Shown here: positions 50,049 through 59,682 of the stretch, one piece after another
Position numbering within the stretch: the first letter of the stretch is position 1
Layout of the letters: every line of letters begins with the position of its first letter
Assembly: GCA_963701665.1 (NCBI GenBank)
Contig: OY969622.1
Coordinates: 608,001-672,000, forward strand
Direction: 5' to 3'
DNA from: Candidatus Babeliales bacterium
GTDB lineage: Bacteria; Babelota; Babeliae; Babelales; JANWKD01
DNA: 64,000 nucleotides
Position numbers and translations under genes: made by a program
The notes under the pieces: model-generated
The model's input: only the letters and a program-made list of their open reading frames with translations
The model's database searches: none
What the model was told of the DNA's origin: nothing

Positions 50049-51218
50049 TTATTTATAGAAATATTCAGAATTCCAAAGTATATATGCGACGTGCGGCTGA
50101 TGTTTTTTAGCTTTTTTATTGGTCAACAGATTTTCTATTTCGTTTATTTCTTCTTTTACTTTTTTATTTATTCTATCACGAGCCTTATAAATTTTATCTT
50201 TGTTGGATTTTGCTGTTTTTGATTTATCGATCATTGAATCAGGAATTCCGTTGATGATTTCATCGAGTGGTATAGGGTCTCGGCAGGGTTTTCCTCCTGG
50301 TGTCATTTGGAAAAGTAAGGCACCTTCAATACTCGCCGGATCAAAAATGATTTTTTGTCCATTAATTATCATTTCTCCTGTTTCGCCATCATAATCGATA
50401 TCTAATTTGTCGAAGATATTTTTTTTTGCAGTTAAAAGATTTTTTCTAATATAGCCATAGGTTTTTTGAATTGCATTTTGGTATAAAAACACATCGAAAT
50501 TATTCTCATAAAGCTTATTGTCTTTTCCTGGGGTTATAGAGTTATCTAATGCATTGGATCTAATTTCAAGAACATAAGCATTATGGGCTTGTTTTGCTTT
50601 GATGAGTTCATTTTTTTGGTTCTCATAAATTTCTGGGTTATATATGAGATTAAAGCCAAAGATAAGTTGGAAGCTACTCCAGATACGTATTGGTCCAATT
50701 CGATTGAGATACTCTAAATTTTTTATAAAGTCATTATAATGTGAAAAAAACTTTGTTTTAGTGATTTGATTTTTATTATCTAAAATTACTAATTGCGCTA
50801 CAAATGACAGGTGCTTATTGCTTGAATCATTTAGTAGTGCTGATATGAAACGTTTTATTGCACAATATTTCTGCAAAATAGATGCTGCATCAAGTCCCAT
50901 CTCATGTTGAAGCCATGTTATATCTGAGGTAAGCGCATTTTGATCAGACATGTTATTGTTTTTTATATAAGCTGATATTTTCTCGCTAGCTTCATTAATT
51001 CCATTAATGGCCATTTTGGCGAGGTTATAATATGGTTCATGATCGGCATTGCATTGATCGCGAACAGATTTTAATATTGGGTCTAGGGAAGGTTCATTTA
51101 ATACTGTTTCAGCATATTCGGCTATAATGGGCGCAAGGGAAATAATGTTATTAGCTTTTATGGCATGTTCACACAAAAGTGAAAGATCATCGAGTAACAG
51201 TTGTTCTTGAGAGTTCAT
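50049..51218 (-). CDS. Hypothetical protein, possible C-terminal winged-helix domain
   Basis: 389-aa ORF; C-terminal layout loosely resembles OmpR-type DNA-binding domains. Confidence 0.6.
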   Translation of the reverse strand: MNSQEQLLLDDLSLLCEHAIKANNIISLAPIIAEYAETVLNEPSLDPILKSVRDQCNADHEPYYNLAKMAINGINEASEKISAYIKNNNMSDQNALTSDITWLQHEMGLDAASILQKYCAIKRFISALLNDSSNKHLSFVAQLVILDNKNQITKTKFFSHYNDFIKNLEYLNRIGPIRIWSSFQLIFGFNLIYNPEIYENQKNELIKAKQAHNAYVLEIRSNALDNSITPGKDNKLYENNFDVFLYQNAIQKTYGYIRKNLLTAKKNIFDKLDIDYDGETGEMIINGQKIIFDPASIEGALLFQMTPGGKPCRDPIPLDEIINGIPDSMIDKSKTAKSNKDKIYKARDRINKKVKEEINEIENLLTNKKAKKHQPHVAYILWNSEYFYK

Positions 51219-51363
51219 GTTTATTACCTTTTCATTACTTTTTTACATAAGTAGTTATTCCTTATTATTATACATTTGTCTTAGGCAAAAAGCAGTTGTT
51301 GTATATCCAATAACCTGATATTTTCGAACGTGAAAGTTATAAAATAATCCAATAGCGTGCACC

Positions 51364-51515
51364 AGTCTTCGCTTATCCACGCCTTCCGGCTTGGCAAGCT
51401 ACGCCTGGCTTCGCCATCTTTTTAAATGATTTTTTTTTGTAAACAAACGAAGACTGTCCGGCATAGCTTCTATAACGCAGAAGTTGATATTCTCAAAGTA
51501 AAAGCGACGACGGAC
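51364..51515. repeat. Structured palindromic element displaced from the tRNA by the island
   Basis: AGTCTTCG...CGAAGACT stem, then GTCCGGCATAGC...GCGACGACGGAC; parallels 37145-37289. Confidence 0.65.
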
Positions 51516-51555
51516 TGGTATGGCCGTATACTCTACTCGATTGCTTAAACGATAT

Positions 51556-52290
51556 TTAGTTAATTACTCTACTTCCTAGATCTGGATCGGTTAACATGTA
51601 GTTAACATAAAACATCATTTGTTTTATTTCACGTGGATCTTGATAACCATGTTGGTTAGCAAACGTTGCACTCTTTAATTTATCTAAAAATTCTTGTCCT
51701 GATAGATTTTTTTGGCCACCTTGAGGTGCATTACTTTTAAAATTGAAATCGGTATAAAATTTATATTCAGGTAATTCTAATAATTCATATACGAATGCAG
51801 GGTCATGCCATTGGAAGGCCTTTATAATGGGATCGTTATATTGTGTTTGAGTCCTGTCCGCATATTTAATTAAACGTGGCAATAGCTTTTTTGTATTTTT
51901 TTTATAGGTATCATAATCATTTTGAGAGTTTAATGTTGTTAACCCTACGTTATTAAATTCTCTTTCAATTTTTTGCTGGTGTTGTTTATGTTTTCGGTCT
52001 GCTGCTTGTCTTTTTAGCTCATAATATTGTTTTTGTTGTGCTTTTTCTTTTTGGAGAGCCGTTTGTAAGTATTCCATCCCTTGTGAAGATGTCATAGCTG
52101 GTTGCTCTTTTTCAATGACAGGTGCTTGTGCACCGGGTTTTATGAAACGCCTTTTCATGGGGATCTGAGTTGGTTTTTTGACAGCTGAAGGTTGAGGGGC
52201 TTCTTGTTGCATTATCTGATAAATGTCTCCACCAAAAAGGTATGTACATGAAAGGAGTGAAACACAACATACTATACTTTTTATGTTCAT
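51556..52290 (-). CDS. Exported hypothetical protein
   Basis: Signal-like N-terminus, Q/K-rich, AAGGA RBS. Confidence 0.7.
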   Translation of the reverse strand: MNIKSIVCCVSLLSCTYLFGGDIYQIMQQEAPQPSAVKKPTQIPMKRRFIKPGAQAPVIEKEQPAMTSSQGMEYLQTALQKEKAQQKQYYELKRQAADRKHKQHQQKIEREFNNVGLTTLNSQNDYDTYKKNTKKLLPRLIKYADRTQTQYNDPIIKAFQWHDPAFVYELLELPEYKFYTDFNFKSNAPQGGQKNLSGQEFLDKLKSATFANQHGYQDPREIKQMMFYVNYMLTDPDLGSRVIN

Positions 52291-52527
52291 AAAATGATTC
52301 CTTCGTTAATAAATAAAAGACCCAAGCTATAGTATAATTTTATAATAATAATTTCCATTTATCAATAATATACATTATTGGACGAATTATATTTTCAAAG
52401 TTTGTGTTTGGGCGAAGGATTTTATCAGAGCTTTTCATGGTTCCATAAATATTTTTTTAAAAAGTTAATGTTTCTGTTTAATTTTTTTGAGGCGATCTAG
52501 GCATCTAAAAGAAGTTATGCAAAGTAT

Positions 52528-52572
52528 TTGACTTTTATGGTTACATATTTTACATTGTACATACATTGTACA
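52528..52572 (+). promoter_or_regulatory. Sigma70-type promoter with an overlapping tandem-repeat operator
   Basis: TTGACT-17 bp-TACATT; TACATTGTACA twice (52551-52572). Confidence 0.6.
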
Positions 52573-52597
52573 ACATTAATAATCGTAAGGGACCAAA

Positions 52598-53347
52598 ATG
52601 CTCAAAAAACTCGTGAAATATGGCAACAGCAATGCTCTAGTGCTTGATAAGGCATTACTTGAGTTGCTCAATATTACCGAAGGATCGGTCGTCAAAATAA
52701 AAACTGATGGGACGTCACTTATAGTTACTCCCCAAAATAACGGAGGCCAACAAGGAACTATTATGCCCACTATAACCCCTCAAGATGCATTGAATAATGC
52801 TGTTGAACAAAATATGGCACAGTATTATAAAAACCCTGAAGAGTATATGAGCGAAGTTAAAAAGCTGTATGCTCGCTATGATGAAAGTATAAAAAAATTG
52901 AATTCGCCGGAATATAAAGAGGCGGTTTTGGAAATTGATCGACAGTTTAAGGGAAACCGATTTGATCTTGAATATGTCAAAGCAATAGCGGCACTAAATA
53001 AGAAATATGCACCCGAACTTGCGCAGATGGATCAAGAAATGCAGATTCTTACTAAGAAATATGCAAAAGAAGTAGAAAAGCCCCAACAATCACCGAGCGA
53101 GTTTAGAGCTTATGTGGAAAAGTTTAAACATGTTCATGAAAAATATCGCTATGTTCAAGAACTTGTTATGAAGCTTAATGATAATCCTGATTATATTAAT
53201 GAATCAGTCATGTTGGCTGAAAAATATCAGGTGACTAAAGACTCTCCTGAATATCTCAAAGAACATGCCCAACTGATTGCAAAATATGTTCCTGATTATG
53301 CGCAATATCAGGAAGAATTAAAAACCGTTGCTGAAACTGTTAAGTAG
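52598..53347 (+). CDS. AbrB/MazE-type DNA-binding domain with a long helical C-terminus
   Basis: KKLVKYGNS.ALV.DK..LELLNI......I..DG.SLIVTP. Confidence 0.8.
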   Translation: MLKKLVKYGNSNALVLDKALLELLNITEGSVVKIKTDGTSLIVTPQNNGGQQGTIMPTITPQDALNNAVEQNMAQYYKNPEEYMSEVKKLYARYDESIKKLNSPEYKEAVLEIDRQFKGNRFDLEYVKAIAALNKKYAPELAQMDQEMQILTKKYAKEVEKPQQSPSEFRAYVEKFKHVHEKYRYVQELVMKLNDNPDYINESVMLAEKYQVTKDSPEYLKEHAQLIAKYVPDYAQYQEELKTVAETVK

Positions 53348-53362
53348 CTCTATACGCATCGT

Positions 53363-53403
53363 AAAATACGGCCTGCAAAATTTTCTTGCAGGCCGTATTT
53401 TTT
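53363..53403 (+). terminator. Intrinsic terminator
   Basis: AAAATACGGCCTGCAA...TTGCAGGCCGTATTTTTT. Confidence 0.85.
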
Positions 53404-53485
53404 AGCAAAAATTTTCTAATCTTTGCGTGCTACTAAAAGAGTGGTATACTCTCTCTTTTAGTTTTCTTTTAATATAAAAAACCTC

Positions 53486-54691
53486 ATGAAAAAAAAGCAC
53501 ATCATTATCGGCACGTCGGCAGCGGGGATCGGGGCTGCTCAAAAGCTACGTCAAGTTGATCAAGAATCTGATATAGTTTGTATTTCCGATGAGCCGGATT
53601 TTCCTTATAACAAATGTTTTTTTGCCGATTATTTAGCCGGACGCAAACAACAACAAGAGTTATATACAAGAAAAAGCGATTTTTTTGAAAAAAACCGCAT
53701 TCAACTTTTGCTGAACGCGCGCGTGACAAAGATTGACGTTGAACATAAAACGCTCGTTTTGCATGATAATTCGCGCGTTTCATACGACACACTTTTCCTG
53801 GGATTAGGAAGGAAATTACCTTCTTTTGTGCAAGAATTTCAGAACTTGAACGGTTTCTTTACGTTTAATTCACTCGCCTCAGTATTGAACCTAGAAAAAT
53901 ATATTCTTAAAGAGAACGTACGTTCAGTTGTCATTATTGGCGCAGGATTAACGGGTGTCGAGTGTGCCGATGCGCTCGCGCGGTTTCACGTCGATATTCA
54001 TATCATCGATGCGAGTGCACACATATTAAGCTTACTTTGTACGAGTGCGGGTGCTGATTTTATTGCAGCAGCAATGCAGCAAGCGCGCGTTACGCTTCAT
54101 CAAAAAAAAATGATGCGTACGCTTATCAGTGATCGAGGGTGCGTTCGGGGAATCATTTTGAATGATGGGACGGAAATTGAAGCGCAGATGGTTATTTCTG
54201 CTGTTTCAGGGCCTATCAATAGCGATTTGGCAGTTGATGCGGGCATTACGTGCGACGAGCGCACAAAGGCTATTATTACCAATGAATACCTGCAAACGAG
54301 TGCCCAAGGTATCTATGCGGGTGGGGATGCTATCCTGATCTATGACCAACTTTTGCAAAAGAGGGTACCGAGCTGTTTATGGGCAGATGCTATGCTCCAG
54401 GGAGCTATCGCAGCTCAGAATATGGCTGGGTTTCAAAAGTCCTATCCCGGGGCAGTCGTAGTGGCCAGTTCTTCATTTTTTGGTCTCAATTTTGCCAGTT
54501 GCGGGCCAATTATCCAGGGATCTATGGTATTTGAGCATCGGATCAAGAGAACAGAAGAATTGTTCGCTCATTATCTCATTGCCGAAAATAAGCTCAAAGG
54601 GTTTATGCTTATAGGTAAACAGTTCAATCTGTCACTTTTAAGGCGTTTGGTCCTAACACAAGAGCCTATAACGCAGGTATCCCTCTACTAA
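53486..54691 (+). CDS. FAD/NAD(P)H-dependent oxidoreductase (NirB-N/rubredoxin reductase-like)
   Basis: IIGTSAAG, VIIGAGLTGVE, TS..GIYAGGD. Confidence 0.88.
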   Translation: MKKKHIIIGTSAAGIGAAQKLRQVDQESDIVCISDEPDFPYNKCFFADYLAGRKQQQELYTRKSDFFEKNRIQLLLNARVTKIDVEHKTLVLHDNSRVSYDTLFLGLGRKLPSFVQEFQNLNGFFTFNSLASVLNLEKYILKENVRSVVIIGAGLTGVECADALARFHVDIHIIDASAHILSLLCTSAGADFIAAAMQQARVTLHQKKMMRTLISDRGCVRGIILNDGTEIEAQMVISAVSGPINSDLAVDAGITCDERTKAIITNEYLQTSAQGIYAGGDAILIYDQLLQKRVPSCLWADAMLQGAIAAQNMAGFQKSYPGAVVVASSSFFGLNFASCGPIIQGSMVFEHRIKRTEELFAHYLIAENKLKGFMLIGKQFNLSLLRRLVLTQEPITQVSLY

Positions 54692-54797
54692 AAAATTACA
54701 ATAAGAAACAATATATAAAATATAAAAAACTATCATATTGCTCTTTTTTTTCTATCTGCTACACTAATATAAAATGGTATATAAAGAGGTTATATTC

Positions 54798-55901
54798 ATG
54801 AAACATTTCTCTAAAAAGATCTTTCTTTGTTTGAGTTTACTTTGTGTGGGCCAAACATTCCCTAATATTTTTAACGGTTTGAGCTTACTTTGGGTTGGCC
54901 AAGCGTTCCCTAATATTTTTAACGATGGCGCGCAATGGGCAACAAATTTGTATTGTTCCTCGCTTTCCAACGTTGAGCACAAGATGGGAGTTCCTCAGAA
55001 GTCCTTACAAGTTGGATTGCCTACGACAGCATGTTTGGGGTTGCTCGGCTATTTAGCGTGTCCCGAAGAAAATCTTCAACAAATTCGTACGTATGCAAAA
55101 TGGATCGCTTTAGGAAGTGCAACAGTATGTAGTGCCTATGGTCTGCAATGGGCAAAACGTTGGTGGGATTTTTATCGTTTAAGTAATACGTTACGTGATG
55201 CATCATTTGTTGACACAGCACACGGTGACAAATTCAGATACGCGACATGGAAGAAAGATAGATGGCCATTAGCATCGGATTTATTGAACGACAAAAAAGC
55301 CGTTAAAAAGCAATTAAAACATGATGTTATCGCATGTTCAGATCAAGCCTATGATGATGGGGGCGAAGTTATTGCTTCTAAAGACATTACTTCTAAAGAT
55401 GTTAAAGGCTGGATTAATAATGAACTTAAAAAATTAAAAGATGATTTACAAGCTCTTGGTTTATGTACTGATACTAATAAAGTTATTATTAAATATTTAA
55501 AAGAGAATGAACGAAGCATATCAAATACAGTACCTGCTTTTACGAATATCATTGAAAATATGAACTATTTAGGTGGCCTAAATCAAACAGATTTAAATGA
55601 ACTTATAACCTGTATAAAAAATCATTGCAGAAAACATTATGCTAAACAATCCCTGTTTGCAAAGATGGTGCATTTTCCTGACAACCACCAATTTTGGCGT
55701 TATCAATGGTATCCGGATCATCCACGAGTTGCACCACATTATCTACATGCAGCAGAGCTTTACTGTGAATTGTTACGCCATTGTATTCGTTTATCAGCAT
55801 TAAAAACTGTTGCTGATGAAATGAACTGGAAGCCTAAGCCAAAACCACTAGCTCATATTGATGTGACAACAAAAAAAGAAAAAACTGAAAAAGAAGACTA
55901 A
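54798..55901 (+). CDS. Hypothetical exported/membrane protein with a 16-aa tandem duplication
   Basis: LSLL(C/W)VGQ(T/A)FPNIFN occurs twice; GAGG RBS. Confidence 0.7.
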   Translation: MKHFSKKIFLCLSLLCVGQTFPNIFNGLSLLWVGQAFPNIFNDGAQWATNLYCSSLSNVEHKMGVPQKSLQVGLPTTACLGLLGYLACPEENLQQIRTYAKWIALGSATVCSAYGLQWAKRWWDFYRLSNTLRDASFVDTAHGDKFRYATWKKDRWPLASDLLNDKKAVKKQLKHDVIACSDQAYDDGGEVIASKDITSKDVKGWINNELKKLKDDLQALGLCTDTNKVIIKYLKENERSISNTVPAFTNIIENMNYLGGLNQTDLNELITCIKNHCRKHYAKQSLFAKMVHFPDNHQFWRYQWYPDHPRVAPHYLHAAELYCELLRHCIRLSALKTVADEMNWKPKPKPLAHIDVTTKKEKTEKED

Positions 55902-55988
55902 CAACGGCAAATCTTTTGAGGAATGTAAGATAATGCTATACTAAGCATGTGATTACCTTACGTTTACCTAAAAAAATCAGGGGTTGTT

Positions 55989-56768
55989 ATGGCGATTACT
56001 TTAAGAACGGTGGCTCAACTGAGCTCAAAGCGGTGTAAAAAATCGCTTTTTCTTATTCCCTTCTGTTTTACCTTTGCAAATGCATTTTTTGGATTCCTCT
56101 CTGTTATCGAAGCCCTGCGTGGCGATCTTATTTTATCCGCTTTATGTATTGGATTTGCCGCGTGCGCTGATGCCCTCGATGGCAGATTAGCGCGTGCATT
56201 AGGTTCATCAAGTTATCTTGGTGCAGAACTTGATGCATTGTGCGATGCTATCTCTTTTTGTTGCGCACCCACCATTCTTATTTATAGTGTTTTTCAAGAT
56301 AGCATGTCATGGGTTGGCGTTGCTGTGCTTGGCCTTTATCTGTGTGCTGGGTTATTTAGGCTGGCTAAATTTAATGTGACGCAAAGTTCATGTTCTGCTT
56401 ATTTTTCAGGCCTTTCCACGCCGGTTTCTGCATTTTTTTTAGCAACCTTAGTTCTCTATTTTGATTGGTTTATTCAATCGCCCTTGTGGTTCTTAGTTGA
56501 TGCATGGGGTATTACTTTTGTTGCTGGCATTCTTGCACTTCTTATGATTTCAACAATTCCTTTTCCATCATTTAAAAAAACCCGTTTTTCCTTTTCTTAT
56601 GCGTATTGCAGTTTGGCAGGCATAATTACAAGTGTTTGTGTTTCCTTTTGGACGCATATTCCACTTCTTTTTTTATTGCAAGCGGCATATCTCTGTTCAG
56701 CTTTAGCCATGTATGCGATAGGAATGTTGAGAACATTATCAAATTCTAAGCGCAATAACCTAATTTAA
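55989..56768 (+). CDS. pssA: CDP-diacylglycerol--serine O-phosphatidyltransferase
   Basis: D.LDGRLAR......GAELD.L.D.ISF, RLAKFN, F.GL.TP. Confidence 0.88.
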   Translation: MAITLRTVAQLSSKRCKKSLFLIPFCFTFANAFFGFLSVIEALRGDLILSALCIGFAACADALDGRLARALGSSSYLGAELDALCDAISFCCAPTILIYSVFQDSMSWVGVAVLGLYLCAGLFRLAKFNVTQSSCSAYFSGLSTPVSAFFLATLVLYFDWFIQSPLWFLVDAWGITFVAGILALLMISTIPFPSFKKTRFSFSYAYCSLAGIITSVCVSFWTHIPLLFLLQAAYLCSALAMYAIGMLRTLSNSKRNNLI

Positions 56769-57019
56769 CTCAAATTTGATGAGTGACTATGCTGCAAGAA
56801 ATGCATATTAGACAGAATCGTCATTGCGAGCGAAGCGTGGCAATCCAATTATAAAATTAGTTTCTTTAAGGATTAATTAAAGTTTGGATTCTACTTCGTT
56901 AAAACTTCGTAGAACAGGTCCCCACGGTTCTGAACCCTGCGAAGCTTCAGCGAAGAAGGGCTAAAGCCTCGGGATGACATCCTTGTGTTTACGGGTGTAA
57001 GTTTCATAGAGTTTACGTT
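56766..57019 (+). repeat. REP-like doublet (core 56820-56978) with two nested inserts
   Basis: Unit A intact; unit B interrupted at 56891-56918 and 56935-56960. Confidence 0.82.
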
Positions 57020-58254
57020 CATTTAACATTCCATAAACTTCGTAGCGAAAGAATTTTACACTGAAAAATATCTTGTGCGATGGCGCCATCTTTGGCGAGT
57101 CGCTTAAGCGGTGTATTTGAACTACATTTTGAGAGCAGTTGTGCCAATGTATGAATGTTGTGAAAAATATGGTTGATGGGCGCTTCATGAATTTTGCCCC
57201 ATCCATGTTCATAAGAACGTGCTTCAATGATAAGATTTTTGTTAACATCACTGATAACCATAATGTGCCCGGGAATCCAGATAATGTCGCCATTATGAAC
57301 GGAACCTGAAGATGAGACTGGCTGCAAATGTTTAAGAATGGTAGTGCTGTTTTTAAAATAATACGGAAGACCGGCAATTTGTGCTGCGCGTGTCAGTAAA
57401 CCCGTACAATCAAAACCGGTTTTGGGAATATGAGAATAATGGGGACGTACAAACGTTAATTCAGTTGAATGCCCTGATACTTTCTTTTTTATAAAATCGC
57501 CATCATGATCAAGAGCTGTAAAACTGCTTCCGCCCCACACATAAGGAATACAGCCATGGTGTTGATGTGCCCATTGGTGCAAAATTGCAAGGAATGTCGT
57601 TATTTGTTGTTCGCGAGTACGCGCGTCGGACGTAGCAACAACGAGGTTACGCGGTAGTTGAAGAACGTTAAGTTCTGTTCCGGATGGCGAGAGTGCATAC
57701 CCTGAAAACGAGTGTTCATCATGTCCTTTGACGACAAAGCGAGTGCCCGCTGAAAGCGTACGTTTTGAATGATGATCAAAAAAAGGCATAATCAACGTTA
57801 CAACATGTTGTGCGCGCGTTTTTTTTGTTTGATTATAGGCAACCGGTTCAGGAAGCAGCGAAATATCGATGCCGTTTTTTTCTAGTTGGGAAATAGGTAT
57901 AAAATTTTTTTTGAGCGCCCAATAGGCGCTATTTTTTTTGGTGTCGTTCTGGGTTTCAAAGAAAACTGAAGGTATACTAATGTATACTTCGTCCTTTTTT
58001 TCTTCTAGGACGGTGACAATTTCATGAAAAAGTAGCTGGTGTATGCGTGAGCAGTGCGGCGCTTTTTGGATGCAAAGTGGCAATTGATGGTAACATGATG
58101 CCACATTTTTGTTCGAACTTATTTTTTGTGCAGATTCGCCAAGTAAATCTGCAACGGGTACTCGCGTAATAGCAAGATAAGGTGTTGCAACAGACCATAG
58201 GGAAAAATAGACCAAAAAGGGTAACAACAATAACAAGGTAAGCATAGATCTCAT
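57019..58254 (-). CDS. NlpC/P60 (C40) peptidase
   Basis: PYVWGG, GFDCTGL, GDII..PGHIM. Confidence 0.88.
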   Translation of the reverse strand: MRSMLTLLLLLPFLVYFSLWSVATPYLAITRVPVADLLGESAQKISSNKNVASCYHQLPLCIQKAPHCSRIHQLLFHEIVTVLEEKKDEVYISIPSVFFETQNDTKKNSAYWALKKNFIPISQLEKNGIDISLLPEPVAYNQTKKTRAQHVVTLIMPFFDHHSKRTLSAGTRFVVKGHDEHSFSGYALSPSGTELNVLQLPRNLVVATSDARTREQQITTFLAILHQWAHQHHGCIPYVWGGSSFTALDHDGDFIKKKVSGHSTELTFVRPHYSHIPKTGFDCTGLLTRAAQIAGLPYYFKNSTTILKHLQPVSSSGSVHNGDIIWIPGHIMVISDVNKNLIIEARSYEHGWGKIHEAPINHIFHNIHTLAQLLSKCSSNTPLKRLAKDGAIAQDIFQCKILSLRSLWNVK

Positions 58255-58298
58255 AGGAGCGTCCCTCGTGGTTTGTTTTTTTATCTTATAACAGTACC

Positions 58299-58485
58299 TA
58301 ACGCGAACTCGATGAAACTAAGCACAGGGATGTCATCCCGAGGCGTTAGCCGTGGGGATCCAAACTTTAATTAACTCCTTAAAGGAACTAATTTTATAAT
58401 TGGATTGCCACGCTTGCGCTCGCAATGACAATTTTGTTTTCAATATGCCTTTGCTGTAGCATAGTAAATCATCGAATTTACGTTA
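58299..58485 (-). repeat. REP-like doublet (core 58332-58429) with imperfect terminal inverted repeats
   Basis: TAACGCGAACTCGATGA and TCATCGAATTTACGTTA ends, 14/17 match. Confidence 0.85.
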
Positions 58486-58647
58486 CTTAGTATTGACTGT
58501 TGAGCATAAAAAACGCAAGAGATCGTGCGCATTTGAATATATTTGAGAAATTAAAAACAAATAATAAAATAAATTCATTGATTACTAGAAATAAAATGAT
58601 ATACACTTGTGATGATTATGAAATTACATTACGGTGAAAGAAAAATT

Positions 58648-59682
58648 ATGAAGAAAAAATTATTACGTGCAGTGTTGTGTGGTTCTGTCATCATACCATT
58701 GCATGCGGCTAGTCAGAAGACGAACGAATGGACGTGGTCTTTTAAGAAAGAGTTTTCAGCAACAGAAATTCTAGAAAATACAAAGCGTAAGCAGCTTGTG
58801 TTTTGCAAAAATGTGCCCCACTTTTCACAGCTTATTTTTTATTGGAATGCATTTCGGCCTGAAAAAGGGTATTTCTCATTTCATGCACAGGTGCAAGATG
58901 AAAAAAATAAATGGCATGATTGGCATCATATGTTTGAATGGGGCAAAGACGTTCAAAAATCATTTTTTAATATGAGTGCGTCGGGAACAAAATATTGCCA
59001 CGTGCGTTTAGAAATGCCACACACGCGCTTGGCAAAAAGCGTACGCATCAAAGTTATTGCACACGAGGGCGCTAATTTATCCTCATTGCGCGCGCTCGGT
59101 TTAAACGTAGCTAATTTGCACGCGTTCAATGACGAGTTTGATCAAGCAATAAACATGCTTCCTTCCGTTATGATTTCGGGAGTTCCGCAACAATCGCAAC
59201 GAGTGCTTGATCATCCTCAATCGGATGTGATGTGTTCTGCCGTGTCATGTAGTATGCTTATGGGATATTTGAAAAAAAGTGTTCTCAATCCGGTTGATTT
59301 TGCCGCGGGCGTGTATGATAACGGCTTGCAAGCATATGGCAGTTGGCCATTTAATGTTGCGCACGCGTTTGAACATGGCGAGGGTGAACTTTTTTTCAAA
59401 GTTATACGATTGCCCTCGTTTCTTGAATTGCATGGTATGTTACAAAAATCATTACCGGTCGTTGTGAGTGTTCGAGGGATGCTTGATGGAGCCCCAAAAG
59501 AATATAATAACGGACATTTATTAGTGGTGGTTGGATGGAATCAAGAAAAACAAAAAGTTATATGCCACGATCCTGCCTTTGAAACTAACGAGAAGGTATA
59601 TGCTGAATATGATATCAAATCATTTTGCTCAGCATGGGGACGTTCGCGTCATTTAGCATATGTTGCTGAGCCTAATTATTAA
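58648..59682 (+). CDS. C39-like peptidase family protein
   Basis: VPQQSQ, CSAVSCSM, YGSWPFN, GHLLVVVG, HDPA. Confidence 0.82.
   Translation: MKKKLLRAVLCGSVIIPLHAASQKTNEWTWSFKKEFSATEILENTKRKQLVFCKNVPHFSQLIFYWNAFRPEKGYFSFHAQVQDEKNKWHDWHHMFEWGKDVQKSFFNMSASGTKYCHVRLEMPHTRLAKSVRIKVIAHEGANLSSLRALGLNVANLHAFNDEFDQAINMLPSVMISGVPQQSQRVLDHPQSDVMCSAVSCSMLMGYLKKSVLNPVDFAAGVYDNGLQAYGSWPFNVAHAFEHGEGELFFKVIRLPSFLELHGMLQKSLPVVVSVRGMLDGAPKEYNNGHLLVVVGWNQEKQKVICHDPAFETNEKVYAEYDIKSFCSAWGRSRHLAYVAEPNY

Larger units (their letters stand above)
38272..51366. mobile_element. Integrative element (~13 kb) at tRNA-Arg(CCU)
   Basis: GCACCAGT core at 38272-38279 and 51359-51366; 38259-38277 and 51346-51364 match at 15/19; recombinase, primase and helicase genes; visibly AT-richer than the housekeeping genes. 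Confidence 0.85.

Noticed and set aside
38272..51366. Intact prophage
   Set aside because: No terminase, portal, capsid, tail or lysis genes are recognisable
51373..51381. DnaA-box-like TTATCCACG (also TGTGGATAA near 11594 and 28292)
   Set aside because: Isolated hits inside a repeat or coding sequence, with no cluster
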